Below are positions 48,910 to 59,045 of a DNA stretch of 64,000 bases, piece after piece. The DNA is from Pseudomonadota bacterium (GTDB lineage Archaea; Thermoplasmatota; SW-10-69-26; JACQPN01; JAJPHT01): the NCBI GenBank assembly GCA_021325135.1, contig JAJPHT010000016.1:22449-86448 (forward strand). The letters are read 5' to 3'. Made by a program: the position numbers and the translations under genes. Each line of letters begins with the position of its first letter. Positions within the stretch are counted from its first letter, which is position 1. The notes under the pieces are model-generated. The model saw only the letters and a program-made list of their open reading frames with translations, ran no database searches and was not told where the DNA came from.

Positions 48910-50139
48910 ATGCGCCTCCTTGCCGGAGCCCTGCTGCTGGCCCTCCTCGCGGGCTGCGTCACGCCCGCCAGCGTGAGCCCCGCCAACGCCCCCGGCGCCG
49001 CGGACCTGCTGAAGATGATCCCCTCCTTCGGCAAGGTCGTGAAGGTGGGCGACCTGGGCAACGAGCCCGTCGTTCGCGTGGCGCCCGACGGCACGGTATA
49101 CGTCGCGGCGCTCCAGCACGTCTACGTGAGCGTGGACAACGGCACCTCGTTCAAGGAGGTCGACTTCAAGGGCGCCCTGCCCATCTACGCCAGCGACTCC
49201 GCCCTCGCGGTGGCGCCCGACGGGCACGCCTACGTCGCCTTCGACTGGCCCTACGCGGGCGAGACCGCCGTGTGCGATAGCAAGGACAAGGGCGCCACCT
49301 GGCACTGCTCCCCCATCGTCGTGCCCGGCGCCACCGACCGCATGTGGATCGTGGCGCCCACCGAGAAGGATGCCTACCTCGTCACCGGTGAGCAATTGGA
49401 CCGCCCCACCTTCGCCGCCACGCACGACGCGGGGCAGTCCTGGAGCATGACCAGCATGGACTGGACCGAGGAGGTCCAGGGCGAGGACCTCGTCTGGGAC
49501 CCCGTCCTCAAGGAGGTCGTCGAGGCCGCGGACAACCCCGACGGCAACGGCGGCTGGGGCGTGCGCACCATCGCCACCGACGGCACCTACAAGGGGTTCG
49601 CCCCCGTCGCGCTCCCCGCGCCCGGCACCGCCAGCATGGGCGTCGACGCCGCGGGCTCATGGTGGGCCGCGACGTGCGCTGACCCCAAGGCGAAGGAGTG
49701 CGCGCCCGCCGTCGCGTCCAGCGCGGACCAGGGCAAGACGTGGACGATCCACAACCTCACCTTCTCGGGCAAGACGCTGCTGATGCCCTTCGTCACCGCG
49801 GGCGCCGCGGGGCAGGTCGCCATGGGCTGGTACGAGACCAACGCCAGCAGCGCGGACGACGCGACCGCCGAGTGGCGCTTCGTCGTCGCCCACAGCACGG
49901 ACGGCCAGACGTTCCGCACCGACGTCCTCTCGCCGGAGCCCGTCCACAAGGGCGGCATGTGCCGCGCCGTGACGTGCCTGGGCGACAACCGCTTCGCGGG
50001 CGACTTCATCGGCCTCGCCTTCGGCCCCGACGGCAGCCTCCACGCGACGTGGAACAAGCAGACGGGCGCCAAGCTCCTCCCCGTGGGGCAGAGCCCGACG
50101 CCCTACACCGAGGTCGACTACGCGCGGACGACGAGTTAG
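48910..50139 (+). CDS. Lipoprotein, BNR/Asp-box beta-propeller (sialidase-like fold)
   Basis: Lipobox LAGC; Asp-boxes SVDNGTSF, SKDKGATW, THDAGQSW, SADQGKTW and STDGQTF. Confidence 0.85.
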   Translation: MRLLAGALLLALLAGCVTPASVSPANAPGAADLLKMIPSFGKVVKVGDLGNEPVVRVAPDGTVYVAALQHVYVSVDNGTSFKEVDFKGALPIYASDSALAVAPDGHAYVAFDWPYAGETAVCDSKDKGATWHCSPIVVPGATDRMWIVAPTEKDAYLVTGEQLDRPTFAATHDAGQSWSMTSMDWTEEVQGEDLVWDPVLKEVVEAADNPDGNGGWGVRTIATDGTYKGFAPVALPAPGTASMGVDAAGSWWAATCADPKAKECAPAVASSADQGKTWTIHNLTFSGKTLLMPFVTAGAAGQVAMGWYETNASSADDATAEWRFVVAHSTDGQTFRTDVLSPEPVHKGGMCRAVTCLGDNRFAGDFIGLAFGPDGSLHATWNKQTGAKLLPVGQSPTPYTEVDYARTTS

Positions 50140-50147
50140 CTGAGCGC

Positions 50148-50681
50148 CTATGGCGTCGCTTGGAGGTTGGTGACGTCAGCCCACGTGAGGTCACCGAAGC
50201 CGTCCTCATAGACACCGATCTTCAGCCTCACGTCCGAAACGACCCCCGTGACGCCGGGGATGCTGAAGGTGAACTGGTGAACGCCCATCTGCGGCGTGCA
50301 CGAGCCGCCCGGATTGAACTTGTCCACGGTATACGTCTGGCCGTTGAAGATGGCCTGGACGATGACGCCGTCGAAGCTGACGGAGTCCGAGGAGAGGACG
50401 CTGAGATATTCGTAGGAGATGACGGTCGCTCCGGACACCAGCGTGTAGGTCGCGGTGCTCGTGGCGGCCCCGACGATCCCCGTTCCTTCCGTGCCCGAGC
50501 ATCCGTTGGCGAGCTGCCCCGCCTGAAGCTGGACGCCGTCTGGGCACGTGGCGTCGCCGCTGAGCGTCCAGCCCGAGCAGAAGTCCGTGATGGGTGGATG
50601 GGCGCTCGCCTGCGGCGTTCCCATGACCACAACGAGTACGATCGCAACCAAGCCGTTTTGGATCCAAGCCGTTGCTCTCAT
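50148..50681 (-). CDS. Secreted hypothetical protein (lower GC)
   Basis: Signal peptide ending ASA, 4 Cys, atypical codon usage. Confidence 0.7.
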   Translation of the reverse strand: MRATAWIQNGLVAIVLVVVMGTPQASAHPPITDFCSGWTLSGDATCPDGVQLQAGQLANGCSGTEGTGIVGAATSTATYTLVSGATVISYEYLSVLSSDSVSFDGVIVQAIFNGQTYTVDKFNPGGSCTPQMGVHQFTFSIPGVTGVVSDVRLKIGVYEDGFGDLTWADVTNLQATP

Positions 50682-50903
50682 GATGTGATCCCTTCTGTTC
50701 CACCTGGGCGGAACCGAGGCAGTTAGTCCGCCCAGTGTGCAAGTAACTTCCTGGGATTGCGCCCAGCTCCATCCACCGAGCTAACTCGATGCATGCTCGG
50801 GGCGAAGAGATGAGCAGAGAGCGAAGCAGCCGGCGCTGCCCGGTTCTTTGACGTTTCCAGAAAGATGGGCGAAATCTATTTCTCGCCGGCGTGATGGGGG
50901 CAC

Positions 50904-51653
50904 ATGTTCTCGGTGGAGCCCCGCGGCAGCCGCGTCGCGATCCTGCGCATGGACGACGGCAAGGTCAACGCCATCGGGCCCGCCTTCGTGGAGCGATTCC
51001 CCGCCGCGTGGCGCGAGGCCACTCAGGAAGGGCGCGCCGTGGTGCTCGCGGGCAACGCCAAGGCGTTCTGCGCGGGCCTCGACCTCAAGGTGCTGCCCAC
51101 GCTGGAGGGGCCCGACGTGGCGCGCTTCGCCCGCGCGTTCATGGGCGTCTTCGCCGAGGTGCTGGCGTGCCCGCGCCCGGTGGTCGCCGCCGTGGACGGG
51201 CCCGGCCTCGCAGGCGGCGCGATCCTGGCCCTCAGCGCGGACGTGCGCCTCGCGACGCCCCGCGCGCGCCTGGGCCTCACCGAGATGCCCGTGGGCATCC
51301 CGTTCCCCGCGCCCGTCATCGACCTTGCCAGGGAGATGCTCCCCCCGCAAGAGCACGGCCCGGCCATCCTCCAGGGGGTCGTGCGCGAGGGCGCCGCGCT
51401 CCAGGCGCGCGGCTGGGCGCACGAGATGGTCGACTCCCCCCGCGTGGTGGAGGAGGCCGTGCGCCTCGCGGACGAGATGGCGGGCTTCAACCCCTCCGCG
51501 TACCGCTCCGGCAAGGCGCACCTGCGCGCCGGCGTGCTGGCCTCCTTCGAGCGCTTCGCCAAGGACGGCCCCGACGCGTGGGCCGCGCGCCTGGCCGAGC
51601 CCGAGACCCTCGAGGCCATCGTCTCGTACTTCCAGCGCGTGACCCGGAAGTAG
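50904..51653 (+). CDS. Enoyl-CoA hydratase/isomerase family protein
   Basis: Motifs FCAGLDL, PVVAAVDG..LAGG and GLTE..VGI. Confidence 0.9.
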   Translation: MFSVEPRGSRVAILRMDDGKVNAIGPAFVERFPAAWREATQEGRAVVLAGNAKAFCAGLDLKVLPTLEGPDVARFARAFMGVFAEVLACPRPVVAAVDGPGLAGGAILALSADVRLATPRARLGLTEMPVGIPFPAPVIDLAREMLPPQEHGPAILQGVVREGAALQARGWAHEMVDSPRVVEEAVRLADEMAGFNPSAYRSGKAHLRAGVLASFERFAKDGPDAWAARLAEPETLEAIVSYFQRVTRK

Positions 51654-51691
51654 GCGAACGCTGAAGCGCGCCGCGGCGTTTGCGCCTCCGC

Positions 51692-52186
51692 ATGGCCTCG
51701 CTGAGCGCCTTCCTCAACGTCTCCGACCTCAAGCAGAGCCTCGCCTTCTACCAGGCCCTCGGCTTCGCGCCCACCTACGTCTCCCAGAACCGCGCGGGCG
51801 TCGACGCCTACGCGGGGCTCGACTACGACGGCGCGGAGGTCGAGCTGGGCTGGATCGGCAGCAACAGCGACCCCGAGTACCGCGCGTGGGTCGGCACGCC
51901 CCTGGGCGCGGGCGTCGTGCTCTACCTCAACGTGCGCGACGTGGACAAGGTCGCCGCCAAGGCGAAGACCGTGGGCGCCACCATCGAGTACGGCCCCGAG
52001 GACCGCAGCTACGGCCGCGTGCTGGGGCTCAACGACCCCGACGGCTACGTGGTGACGTTCATCCAGGAGCCCCGGAAGGCCGCGCCGCGCCGCAAGGCCG
52101 CGAAGAAGGCGCCCGCGAAGAAGGGCAAGAAGGCGGCCAAGAAGGGCGCGAAGAAGGCCGCCCGCAAGGCGCCGCGCCGCCGCTGA
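51692..52186 (+). CDS. VOC/glyoxalase family protein with Lys/Ala-rich tail
   Basis: Motifs VSDL..SLAFY..LGF and DPDGY; tail KAAPRRKAAKKAPAKKGKK... Confidence 0.85.
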   Translation: MASLSAFLNVSDLKQSLAFYQALGFAPTYVSQNRAGVDAYAGLDYDGAEVELGWIGSNSDPEYRAWVGTPLGAGVVLYLNVRDVDKVAAKAKTVGATIEYGPEDRSYGRVLGLNDPDGYVVTFIQEPRKAAPRRKAAKKAPAKKGKKAAKKGAKKAARKAPRRR

Positions 52187-52252
52187 GCCGCCTCCGTTCT
52201 GCGGCGCAGAAAACCCCTTGACCCAAGCCAACCTTGGGCGTGCCGATCCGCG

Positions 52253-52903
52253 ATGGCACGCCCCCGGACCCCTGAAGAGCGAGCGAAGCGCGTCGCGGAG
52301 CTGGAGGGCAAGGCCAGCCGGCGGCGCGTCCTCCAGTGGTCCGTCGCGGTGCTGGTCGCCCTGCTGGTGGTGGGCGGCGTCGCCTACGGCCTCAGCCGCG
52401 TCCCCAAGCCGGCCCCCGACGTCCACTGGCACGCCAAGTACCAGGTCTGGGTCAATGACCAGCAGCTCAGCTTCGCCAACTCCAAGTTCGACGCCAACGT
52501 GAACCAGGACTTCTACCTCCCCGCGCACATGCACGGGCCCAACTTCGACGTCATCCACAACGAGGGCAAGGAGGGCGAGGGCACGCTGGGCAAGTTCTTC
52601 CAGTTCGGCCTCTCGGGGGGCAAGATCGCCGACGACGAGCTGGTGATCCCCGAAGGCGCCTCGCTCGCCTCGGGCGGCGCGCCCTTCTCGGGCGACTTCA
52701 AGAACGCCGGCAACCAGACGGTGCAGATGTACGTGAGCAACCAGGTGACCAACGAGTCGTGGACCCGCGTGGCGGGCAACCTGGCGGGCTTCTCGTTCCA
52801 CGATGGCGACCGGCTGCTGATCCTCTACGGCGACTACTCGCCGGACCGCCTCGCGGCGCTGGAGGACCAGTTCCCCAGCTTCGACCCCTCCACGGTGCAG
52901 TGA
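52253..52903 (+). CDS. Membrane-anchored protein with HWHA/HxH/IH His cluster
   Basis: N-terminal TM; HWHA, HMH and VIHNE. Confidence 0.75.
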   Translation: MARPRTPEERAKRVAELEGKASRRRVLQWSVAVLVALLVVGGVAYGLSRVPKPAPDVHWHAKYQVWVNDQQLSFANSKFDANVNQDFYLPAHMHGPNFDVIHNEGKEGEGTLGKFFQFGLSGGKIADDELVIPEGASLASGGAPFSGDFKNAGNQTVQMYVSNQVTNESWTRVAGNLAGFSFHDGDRLLILYGDYSPDRLAALEDQFPSFDPSTVQ

Positions 52904-52969
52904 GCGGGGGTTCTGCGCCGCAAAATGTCGTCACGGCAAAGGCCCAGCCGCGCTTGCACCGGTCCAGCC

Positions 52970-53695
52970 ATGGCCAGCGCGTCCGACGCCCCCGCCCTTG
53001 AGGCGCGGGACCTGAGGAAGTCGTACCGGCTCTCGCGGACCAACGTCTACGAGGCGCTGCGCGGCGTGAGCCTCGTCGTGCGCCCCGGCGAGATGGCCGC
53101 CATCATCGGACCCTCCGGCTCGGGCAAGAGCACGCTCATGAACCTCCTCTCCACGCTGGACCGGCCCACCTCGGGCAAGGTGCTGGTGGACGGCACGGAC
53201 ACGAGCCGCATGGGCGACGCCTCCCTGGCGACGCTGCGCAACAGGAAGATCGGCATCGTGTTCCAGCAGTACAACCTCATCTCGCGGATGACGTGCGTCG
53301 AGAACGTGCAGCTTCCGCTGGTGGCCATGGGCGTGCCGCCCCTGGAGCGGCACAAGCGCGCGAAGGCCGCGCTGGAGAGCGTCGGGCTGGGCCACCGGCT
53401 GCGCAACCGCCCCGCCGAGATGAGCGGCGGCGAGCAGCAGCGCACCAGCATCGCGCGCGCCCTCGTCACGCGCCCCAAGATCCTCCTGGGCGACGAGCCC
53501 ACGGGCAACCTCGACAGCAAGACCACGCAGGGCGTCCTCCAGCTCTTCCACGAGATCAACGAGGCGCAGGGCGTGACGACGCTCCTCATCACCCACGACA
53601 TGAACGTCGCGCGCCAGACGCGCCGCGTCATCCGCATCCGCGACGGCCTCGTGGAGGCCGACGAGCCCAACCTCCCCCTCCCGGTGACCGCATGA
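52970..53695 (+). CDS. ABC transporter ATP-binding protein (LolD/MacB type)
   Basis: Motifs GPSGSGKST, MSGGEQQR and DEPTGNLDS. Confidence 0.94.
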   Translation: MASASDAPALEARDLRKSYRLSRTNVYEALRGVSLVVRPGEMAAIIGPSGSGKSTLMNLLSTLDRPTSGKVLVDGTDTSRMGDASLATLRNRKIGIVFQQYNLISRMTCVENVQLPLVAMGVPPLERHKRAKAALESVGLGHRLRNRPAEMSGGEQQRTSIARALVTRPKILLGDEPTGNLDSKTTQGVLQLFHEINEAQGVTTLLITHDMNVARQTRRVIRIRDGLVEADEPNLPLPVTA

Positions 53696-55788
53696 TCCCC
53701 GCCCGCCTTCTCGCCGCCAGCCTCGCCCTGATCACCGTCGCGAGCGCCCTCGCCGTCCTGCCCACCGCGGCCGCCACCAGCGTGGAGTCCGCGACGTGGG
53801 GCGCCCCCGGCGCGCCCGTGGAGGCGGCGCCGGGCGACAACGCCGTGCCGGTGAGCGTCAGCATCCGCAACGTCGACCAGCGCACCTACCAGGACGTGCG
53901 CGCGGTGCTGGGCGCTGTGGACGGCGTCGCGCCCATGGCGGGGGGCGACACCGCCTCGCTCACGGGGAGCTTCGCCCCCGCGGACATCTGGACGGCCAAG
54001 TTCTACGTCAACGTCGCGCCCGGCGTCACCGTCGGCGCGACCTACGACCTGCCCGTCACCGTCTACCTCACCAACAAGGGGACGACCTCCACCGCGACCG
54101 ACTCCCTCGTGGCGCCCATCGCGCTCACCGGGCGCCCCTCGCTCCAGGTGTCCGCGGACCCCGCGACGCTTCCGGCCGGCGAGGAGCAGAGCGTGAAGCT
54201 CACCCTCACCAACGCGGGGAGCGCCTCCGCGGGCGGCGTCTCGCTGAGCCTCGCGCCCGCCGAGGGCCTGACGCTCGTGCGCAGCGCGAACACCTTCGAC
54301 GTGGGGAGCCTCGCGGCGGGCCAGAGCCGGAACGTCTCGGTCACGCTGCGCGCGGCCTCCGCGGGCTCCACCACGCTAAGCGCGGGGCTCTCCTACGCCA
54401 ACGCGGCGGGCGCCGCGGTGCAGGCGACGCGCACGCTCTACTTCGACGCCGTGGGCGCCGCGCCCCCGGGCCTCTCGGTGGGCCTCCTCTGGAGCGACGT
54501 CGCGCAGGGCGAGGCGGGCACCGTCGCGCTCCAGCTCCAGAACGCGGGCTCCTCGGCCGTCTCCAACGTGACCGTGACGGCGACGCCCCAGCAGGGCTCG
54601 GGCCTCGTGGCCGACGGCGGCGACGGCGCGCAGTATGTCGACTCCCTCGCCGCGGGCGCCTCCCGCGAGGTGGACTTCCGCTTCCTGAGCACGAGCGCCT
54701 CCGCGGGCCCCGCCGCGCTGGACGTCGCCGCCTCGTGGCGCACGCCCGACGGGGCGCTCCACACGCGCGCGACGACGCAGGCCATCCGCGTCGCGGCGCC
54801 CACGCGGGCCGACGTGCGAGTCTCCCTGGCCGAGGACCACCTGGACTCGGGCCGCGCGGGCACGCTCACGTTCACCATCCTCAACAACCAGTCGACGGCT
54901 CTGCACGGCCTCACCGCCACGCTGGCCTCGACCTCCACCGCGTACACCGTGCTCGACGCCAGCGACTCGCGCGTCCTGGGCGCGCTGGACGCGGGCGCCA
55001 GCGAGCAGGACGTCGTGCGCGTCCTCACGAGCAACGGCGCGACGGGCCTCCAGCAGATCAAGCTCCAGCTGGACTGGCAGGGGGCCGACGGCGGCGCGCG
55101 CTCGCAGACCTACGACTTCGGCATCGCGATCCTGGGCACGGTGGACATCCAGGTCACGGGCAGCACGGGCACCTTCGACGCGGCGAGCGGCGCGGGCTCC
55201 ATCTCGGCGACGCTCACCAACCTAGGCAACGCCGTCGCGCACAACGCCTACGTGAGCCTCGGCCCCAGCCTCGCCTACGAAGCGACGCAGGAGACGTACC
55301 TGGGCGACGTGAACCCCAACACCGCGCTCCCCTTCACGCTCCAGACGACGCTCACCAACACGTCGCTCCTCGCCGCGCGCGGGACCGGCGCCGGGGGCCA
55401 GCAGCAGGGGCGCGGCTTCGGCGGCGGCAACGGCACGGGCGGGTTCGGCGGCGGGCGCTTCGGCGGGAACGGCACCGCGGGCGGCGGCTTCCGCAACGGC
55501 ACGCGCGGAGGCGGCTTCGGCGGGTTCGGCGGCGGGCTCACCAACGCCACGTTCACCGTGCGCTGGAACGACGAGTACGGCACCGTCCACAGCGCGGTCT
55601 TCTCCGTCGCGACGCCCCCGCGCGCCGCCACCGCCTCCGCGGGCGCCAGCACCGCCAGCGCGCGCGCCAGCGCGGGGGGCGTGCCCACGCTCTGGATCGT
55701 CCTGGGCGCGGGCGCCCTCGTCGCGGTGGGCCTCGGGGCCTACGCCGTGCAGCGGCGCCGCAGGATGGACGACGAGCGCGAGGAGTGA
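53692..55788 (+). CDS. COG1361-like S-layer/Ig-domain surface protein
   Basis: ATGA overlap with the ATPase. Signal peptide, repeated N.G..A..V / G.L.AG.S Ig-like modules, C-terminal TM followed by RRRR. Confidence 0.85.
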   Translation: MIPARLLAASLALITVASALAVLPTAAATSVESATWGAPGAPVEAAPGDNAVPVSVSIRNVDQRTYQDVRAVLGAVDGVAPMAGGDTASLTGSFAPADIWTAKFYVNVAPGVTVGATYDLPVTVYLTNKGTTSTATDSLVAPIALTGRPSLQVSADPATLPAGEEQSVKLTLTNAGSASAGGVSLSLAPAEGLTLVRSANTFDVGSLAAGQSRNVSVTLRAASAGSTTLSAGLSYANAAGAAVQATRTLYFDAVGAAPPGLSVGLLWSDVAQGEAGTVALQLQNAGSSAVSNVTVTATPQQGSGLVADGGDGAQYVDSLAAGASREVDFRFLSTSASAGPAALDVAASWRTPDGALHTRATTQAIRVAAPTRADVRVSLAEDHLDSGRAGTLTFTILNNQSTALHGLTATLASTSTAYTVLDASDSRVLGALDAGASEQDVVRVLTSNGATGLQQIKLQLDWQGADGGARSQTYDFGIAILGTVDIQVTGSTGTFDAASGAGSISATLTNLGNAVAHNAYVSLGPSLAYEATQETYLGDVNPNTALPFTLQTTLTNTSLLAARGTGAGGQQQGRGFGGGNGTGGFGGGRFGGNGTAGGGFRNGTRGGGFGGFGGGLTNATFTVRWNDEYGTVHSAVFSVATPPRAATASAGASTASARASAGGVPTLWIVLGAGALVAVGLGAYAVQRRRRMDDEREE

Positions 55789-55800
55789 CGCGCCTTGCCC

Positions 55801-57195
55801 ATGCAGGTCGTCGACGCGCTTCGCCTGGCCGCCAGCGGCCTCCGGGAGCGCAAGATGCGCACCGCCCTCACGCTCCTGGGCATCGTCATCGGCACGAGCA
55901 TGATCGTCGCCCTGGAGGCGTCCACGCAGGGGCAGAGCCGCGCCATCAGCGACCAGCTGGAGAAATTGGGCCCCACGACGCTCATCGTGCAGGTGAACGG
56001 CTTCGGGGGCAACCAGCGCAACTTCACGCAGAACGATATCACGACCATGGAGGGGCTCGACCACGTGAAGTCGGCCTTCCTCGCCGTCGAGGGGGACGGG
56101 CAGATCTCGCGAGGTGGCGAGACGGACTCCGTGGCCATCCTGGGCGTGGACCCCGCCGACCTGCCCACCCTCGTGCGCGGCCTCCAGGTCCAGGACGGGA
56201 GCGTCTACCAGCCGGGGGACCTCACCGCCGCGTTCCTGGGCAGCACCGCCGCGACGCCCACGGACGCGACGAAGGTCCCCAGCGCGGCGGGCGACGCCGT
56301 GCAGGTGTCGACGCAGGTCCGGCAGTTCACGGCGCAGGGGCGCGGCGCGCAGCAGACCATCACGCGCACCTACGTCGTGTCGGGCATCGCGGCGCCCTTC
56401 GGCAGCGCGCCCTTCGTCAACGTCGACGGCACGGTGTTCATGACGCCCCGCGCCGCGCAGCAGCTCCTCGGCCTCCCCCTCACGCAGTACAACGAGATCG
56501 TCGTCTTCGCCGACACGCCCGACGACGTGAGCGCCGTGCAGAGCGAGATCCAGGCCGCATACGCCAACGTGCGCGTGCTCTCGGGCACGCAGCTGGCCAG
56601 CGCCATCAGCAGCGTGTACGGCACCATCACGACGCTCCTGGAGAGCGTCGCCGCCATCTCGCTCATCGTCGCGGGCGTGGGCATCGCGAACACCATGTTC
56701 GTGAGCGTGATCGAGCGCACCACCGAGATCGGGACGCTCAAGGCGCTGGGCTTCAACGGACGGCAGGTGCTCTCCATCTTCCTCCTGGAGGCGAGCCTCA
56801 CGGGCGTCGCCGGGGGCGTCCTGGGCTGCCTCGCGGGTGTCGGCGTCGCGTTCGGCATCGGCCACTTCATCTCCTTCTCCCCCACCGGCAACGCCGCGGC
56901 GCAGGGCGCCCAGCGCGCGGCCGCCAACGTCGCCACGCGCGGCGGCGGGGGAGGGGGCTTCGGCGGCCGCGGAGGCGGCTTCGGCGGGGGCGGCTTCGGA
57001 GGCCCGGGGGGCGGAGGGTTCGGTGGCGGCGGCCTCGGCGCCAGCGCCGCCTCCGCGCACGCGGCGCCCGTGTTCACGCCCGAGATGTTCCTCGTCGTCA
57101 TCGGCTTCGCCATCCTCGTCTCCGTGGTGGCCGGCCTCATCCCCGCGCGCAAGGCGTCGCGGATGGACCCCGTCATCGCCCTCAAGCGTCTTTGA
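55801..57195 (+). CDS. ABC permease (MacB/FtsX family)
   Basis: Motifs RTALTLLGIVIG, SVIERTTEIGTLKALG and PARKASRMDP. Confidence 0.92.
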   Translation: MQVVDALRLAASGLRERKMRTALTLLGIVIGTSMIVALEASTQGQSRAISDQLEKLGPTTLIVQVNGFGGNQRNFTQNDITTMEGLDHVKSAFLAVEGDGQISRGGETDSVAILGVDPADLPTLVRGLQVQDGSVYQPGDLTAAFLGSTAATPTDATKVPSAAGDAVQVSTQVRQFTAQGRGAQQTITRTYVVSGIAAPFGSAPFVNVDGTVFMTPRAAQQLLGLPLTQYNEIVVFADTPDDVSAVQSEIQAAYANVRVLSGTQLASAISSVYGTITTLLESVAAISLIVAGVGIANTMFVSVIERTTEIGTLKALGFNGRQVLSIFLLEASLTGVAGGVLGCLAGVGVAFGIGHFISFSPTGNAAAQGAQRAAANVATRGGGGGGFGGRGGGFGGGGFGGPGGGGFGGGGLGASAASAHAAPVFTPEMFLVVIGFAILVSVVAGLIPARKASRMDPVIALKRL

Positions 57196-57212
57196 TATCA
57201 GGTGAGAACCCC

Positions 57213-57905
57213 ATGCGCTCCGCCCTGCTCCCCGCCCTCGTCCTCGCCCTCCTCGTGGTGGCGCCCCTCGCGACCGCGCAGCAGCCCCCCTCCGACCCCT
57301 CGTGCCCCGGAGGGCGCGGCGGCGGAGGGTTCGGCGGCGGGGGCCAGCCCCCCCAGGGGCGCAACTTCACGCGGCCCGACAACGGCACGCGCCAGGGGAA
57401 CGGCACGCGGGGCGGCTTCGGCGGCGAGCCGCTCCCCGAGCTGAACCTCACCTTCGACCCCTCGGGGCCCCTCACGCTGGCGCCGGGCGCCACGGCCAGC
57501 GTGCAGGTGAATTTCCGCAACGACGGGAGCGCGTCCCTGGACCTCACGCTCATGGCGTCCTCCTTCGGGCGCCGCAACGCGACTCCGCTGGTGACGGCCA
57601 GCCTCGACCCGGCCTCGGGCACGCTGGACCCCGGCGCCAGCGCGTCGGCCACGCTCACGGTGACGCTGGACCCCTCCGCGCCCGCGGGCTGCCCGCAGAT
57701 GGTCTTCGTCACGGCCCGCGACGCGGCCACCAACCGCACCGCGGGCGCGCGCCTCGTGATCGACGTCCCGGCGGCCTCAAGCGGGACGAGCCCGGCGGCC
57801 GTCGCGGCGACGCCCGCGAAGAAGACGCCCATGGAGGTCGCGGCCCCCCTGGCCGCCCTCGCGCTGGCCGCGCTGGGCCCGCGGCGCGGAGGACCGCGTC
57901 CGTGA
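57213..57905 (+). CDS. Secreted Ig-like protein with Gly-rich N-terminal segment and C-terminal sorting-like tail
   Basis: Signal peptide; tail KKTP-hydrophobic-RR. Confidence 0.75.
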   Translation: MRSALLPALVLALLVVAPLATAQQPPSDPSCPGGRGGGGFGGGGQPPQGRNFTRPDNGTRQGNGTRGGFGGEPLPELNLTFDPSGPLTLAPGATASVQVNFRNDGSASLDLTLMASSFGRRNATPLVTASLDPASGTLDPGASASATLTVTLDPSAPAGCPQMVFVTARDAATNRTAGARLVIDVPAASSGTSPAAVAATPAKKTPMEVAAPLAALALAALGPRRGGPRP

Positions 57906-58663
57906 GCACGCCCAACGACGGCTTCAAGCCGGACCCCGCGGGTCCCGCCGACGTGCCCGACCCCAGCGAACCCGCGATGCCCGGCCCCGGCATGAGCACC
58001 GAGGAGGCCCTGGGCCGCATCGCCGGCATCACCGAGAAGACCCACGCGCTGCGCGTGCGCACCGAGGGGCTCACCATCGCGCTGTGGGCCATCTGCCTCG
58101 CCGCGAGCTACCTCACCATCGTCGTGCCCCTCTTCTTCGGCCGCGCGCCGGACTTCGACGGCCGCGAGTTCGGGCGCAACCTTTCGGGCAACTTCACGGG
58201 GAACTTCACCGGCCGGCCGCCGCGCGACTTCCTCTTCTTCAACCCGTTCGCGCCCATCGCGTGGTTCCTCGTCGCGATGGTCATGACCATCGGCGTCTGG
58301 CGCAGCGCGTCCCTCTCCTTCCAGACGGGCATCACGACGCCGCGCCTGGTCCTCGTCCTCGTGGGCTGGCTGGCGCTCCTCGTCGCGACCACCGTGACGC
58401 TCAGCTTCCTGGAGCGCAGCAACCCGCGCGCGTGGCACCTAGTCGCGTGGGGCGCGGTCGTGCTCCTCTTCGCGCTTCTCAACCCCTTGCGCTTCACGCG
58501 CAAAAGCCGGTGGGCCGTGGGGGCGGCCGCCGCCGCGACGCTCCTTGCGTCCGCCTACGCGCTCGCCGCGAGCCTCGACCCGAGGGAGACGGGCTTCCTC
58601 TCGGGGCTCGCGCTGGGCGTCCCCCTGCTCCTCGCCGGGCTCTGGCTCATGTTCTTCGGCTGA
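57902..58663 (+). CDS. Multi-TM membrane protein
   Basis: GTGA overlap with the upstream gene; about 6 TM helices. Confidence 0.75.
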   Translation: MSTPNDGFKPDPAGPADVPDPSEPAMPGPGMSTEEALGRIAGITEKTHALRVRTEGLTIALWAICLAASYLTIVVPLFFGRAPDFDGREFGRNLSGNFTGNFTGRPPRDFLFFNPFAPIAWFLVAMVMTIGVWRSASLSFQTGITTPRLVLVLVGWLALLVATTVTLSFLERSNPRAWHLVAWGAVVLLFALLNPLRFTRKSRWAVGAAAAATLLASAYALAASLDPRETGFLSGLALGVPLLLAGLWLMFFG

Positions 58664-58677
58664 GGGGGGAGAGCGCC

Positions 58678-58989
58678 TTGGCCGACGAGCCGCTGGACCC
58701 GCTCCTCCACCAGCCCACGCGCCTGGAGATCATGGCGTACCTCTACCGCAACCGCCAGGCGGCCTTCACCGCCATCCGCGACGCGCTGGGCGTCACGGCG
58801 GGCAACCTCCAGAGCCACGGCGCCAAGCTCCAGGCCGCGGGCTACGTGGAGATCCAGCGCGTCTTCGCGGGCGTCTTCGAGGTGCGCTGGAGCATGACGG
58901 AGAAGGGCGAGGAGGCCTTCGAAGGGTACGTGGAGCAGCTGCGCTCGCTGGTCAGGCGGCTCGATCCGGGCGCGGGCGGGCCCCCGTAG
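58678..58989 (+). CDS. Winged-helix transcriptional regulator (ArsR/MarR-like)
   Basis: LDPLLHQPTRLEIM, T.GNL..H..KL..AGYV and TEKG. Confidence 0.88.
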   Translation: MADEPLDPLLHQPTRLEIMAYLYRNRQAAFTAIRDALGVTAGNLQSHGAKLQAAGYVEIQRVFAGVFEVRWSMTEKGEEAFEGYVEQLRSLVRRLDPGAGGPP

Positions 58990-59045
58990 CTTCTGCCCCG
59001 CAGAAAGGCGCGAGCCTCATGCTCGAAGGTCCCCTTGGAAGCCCC

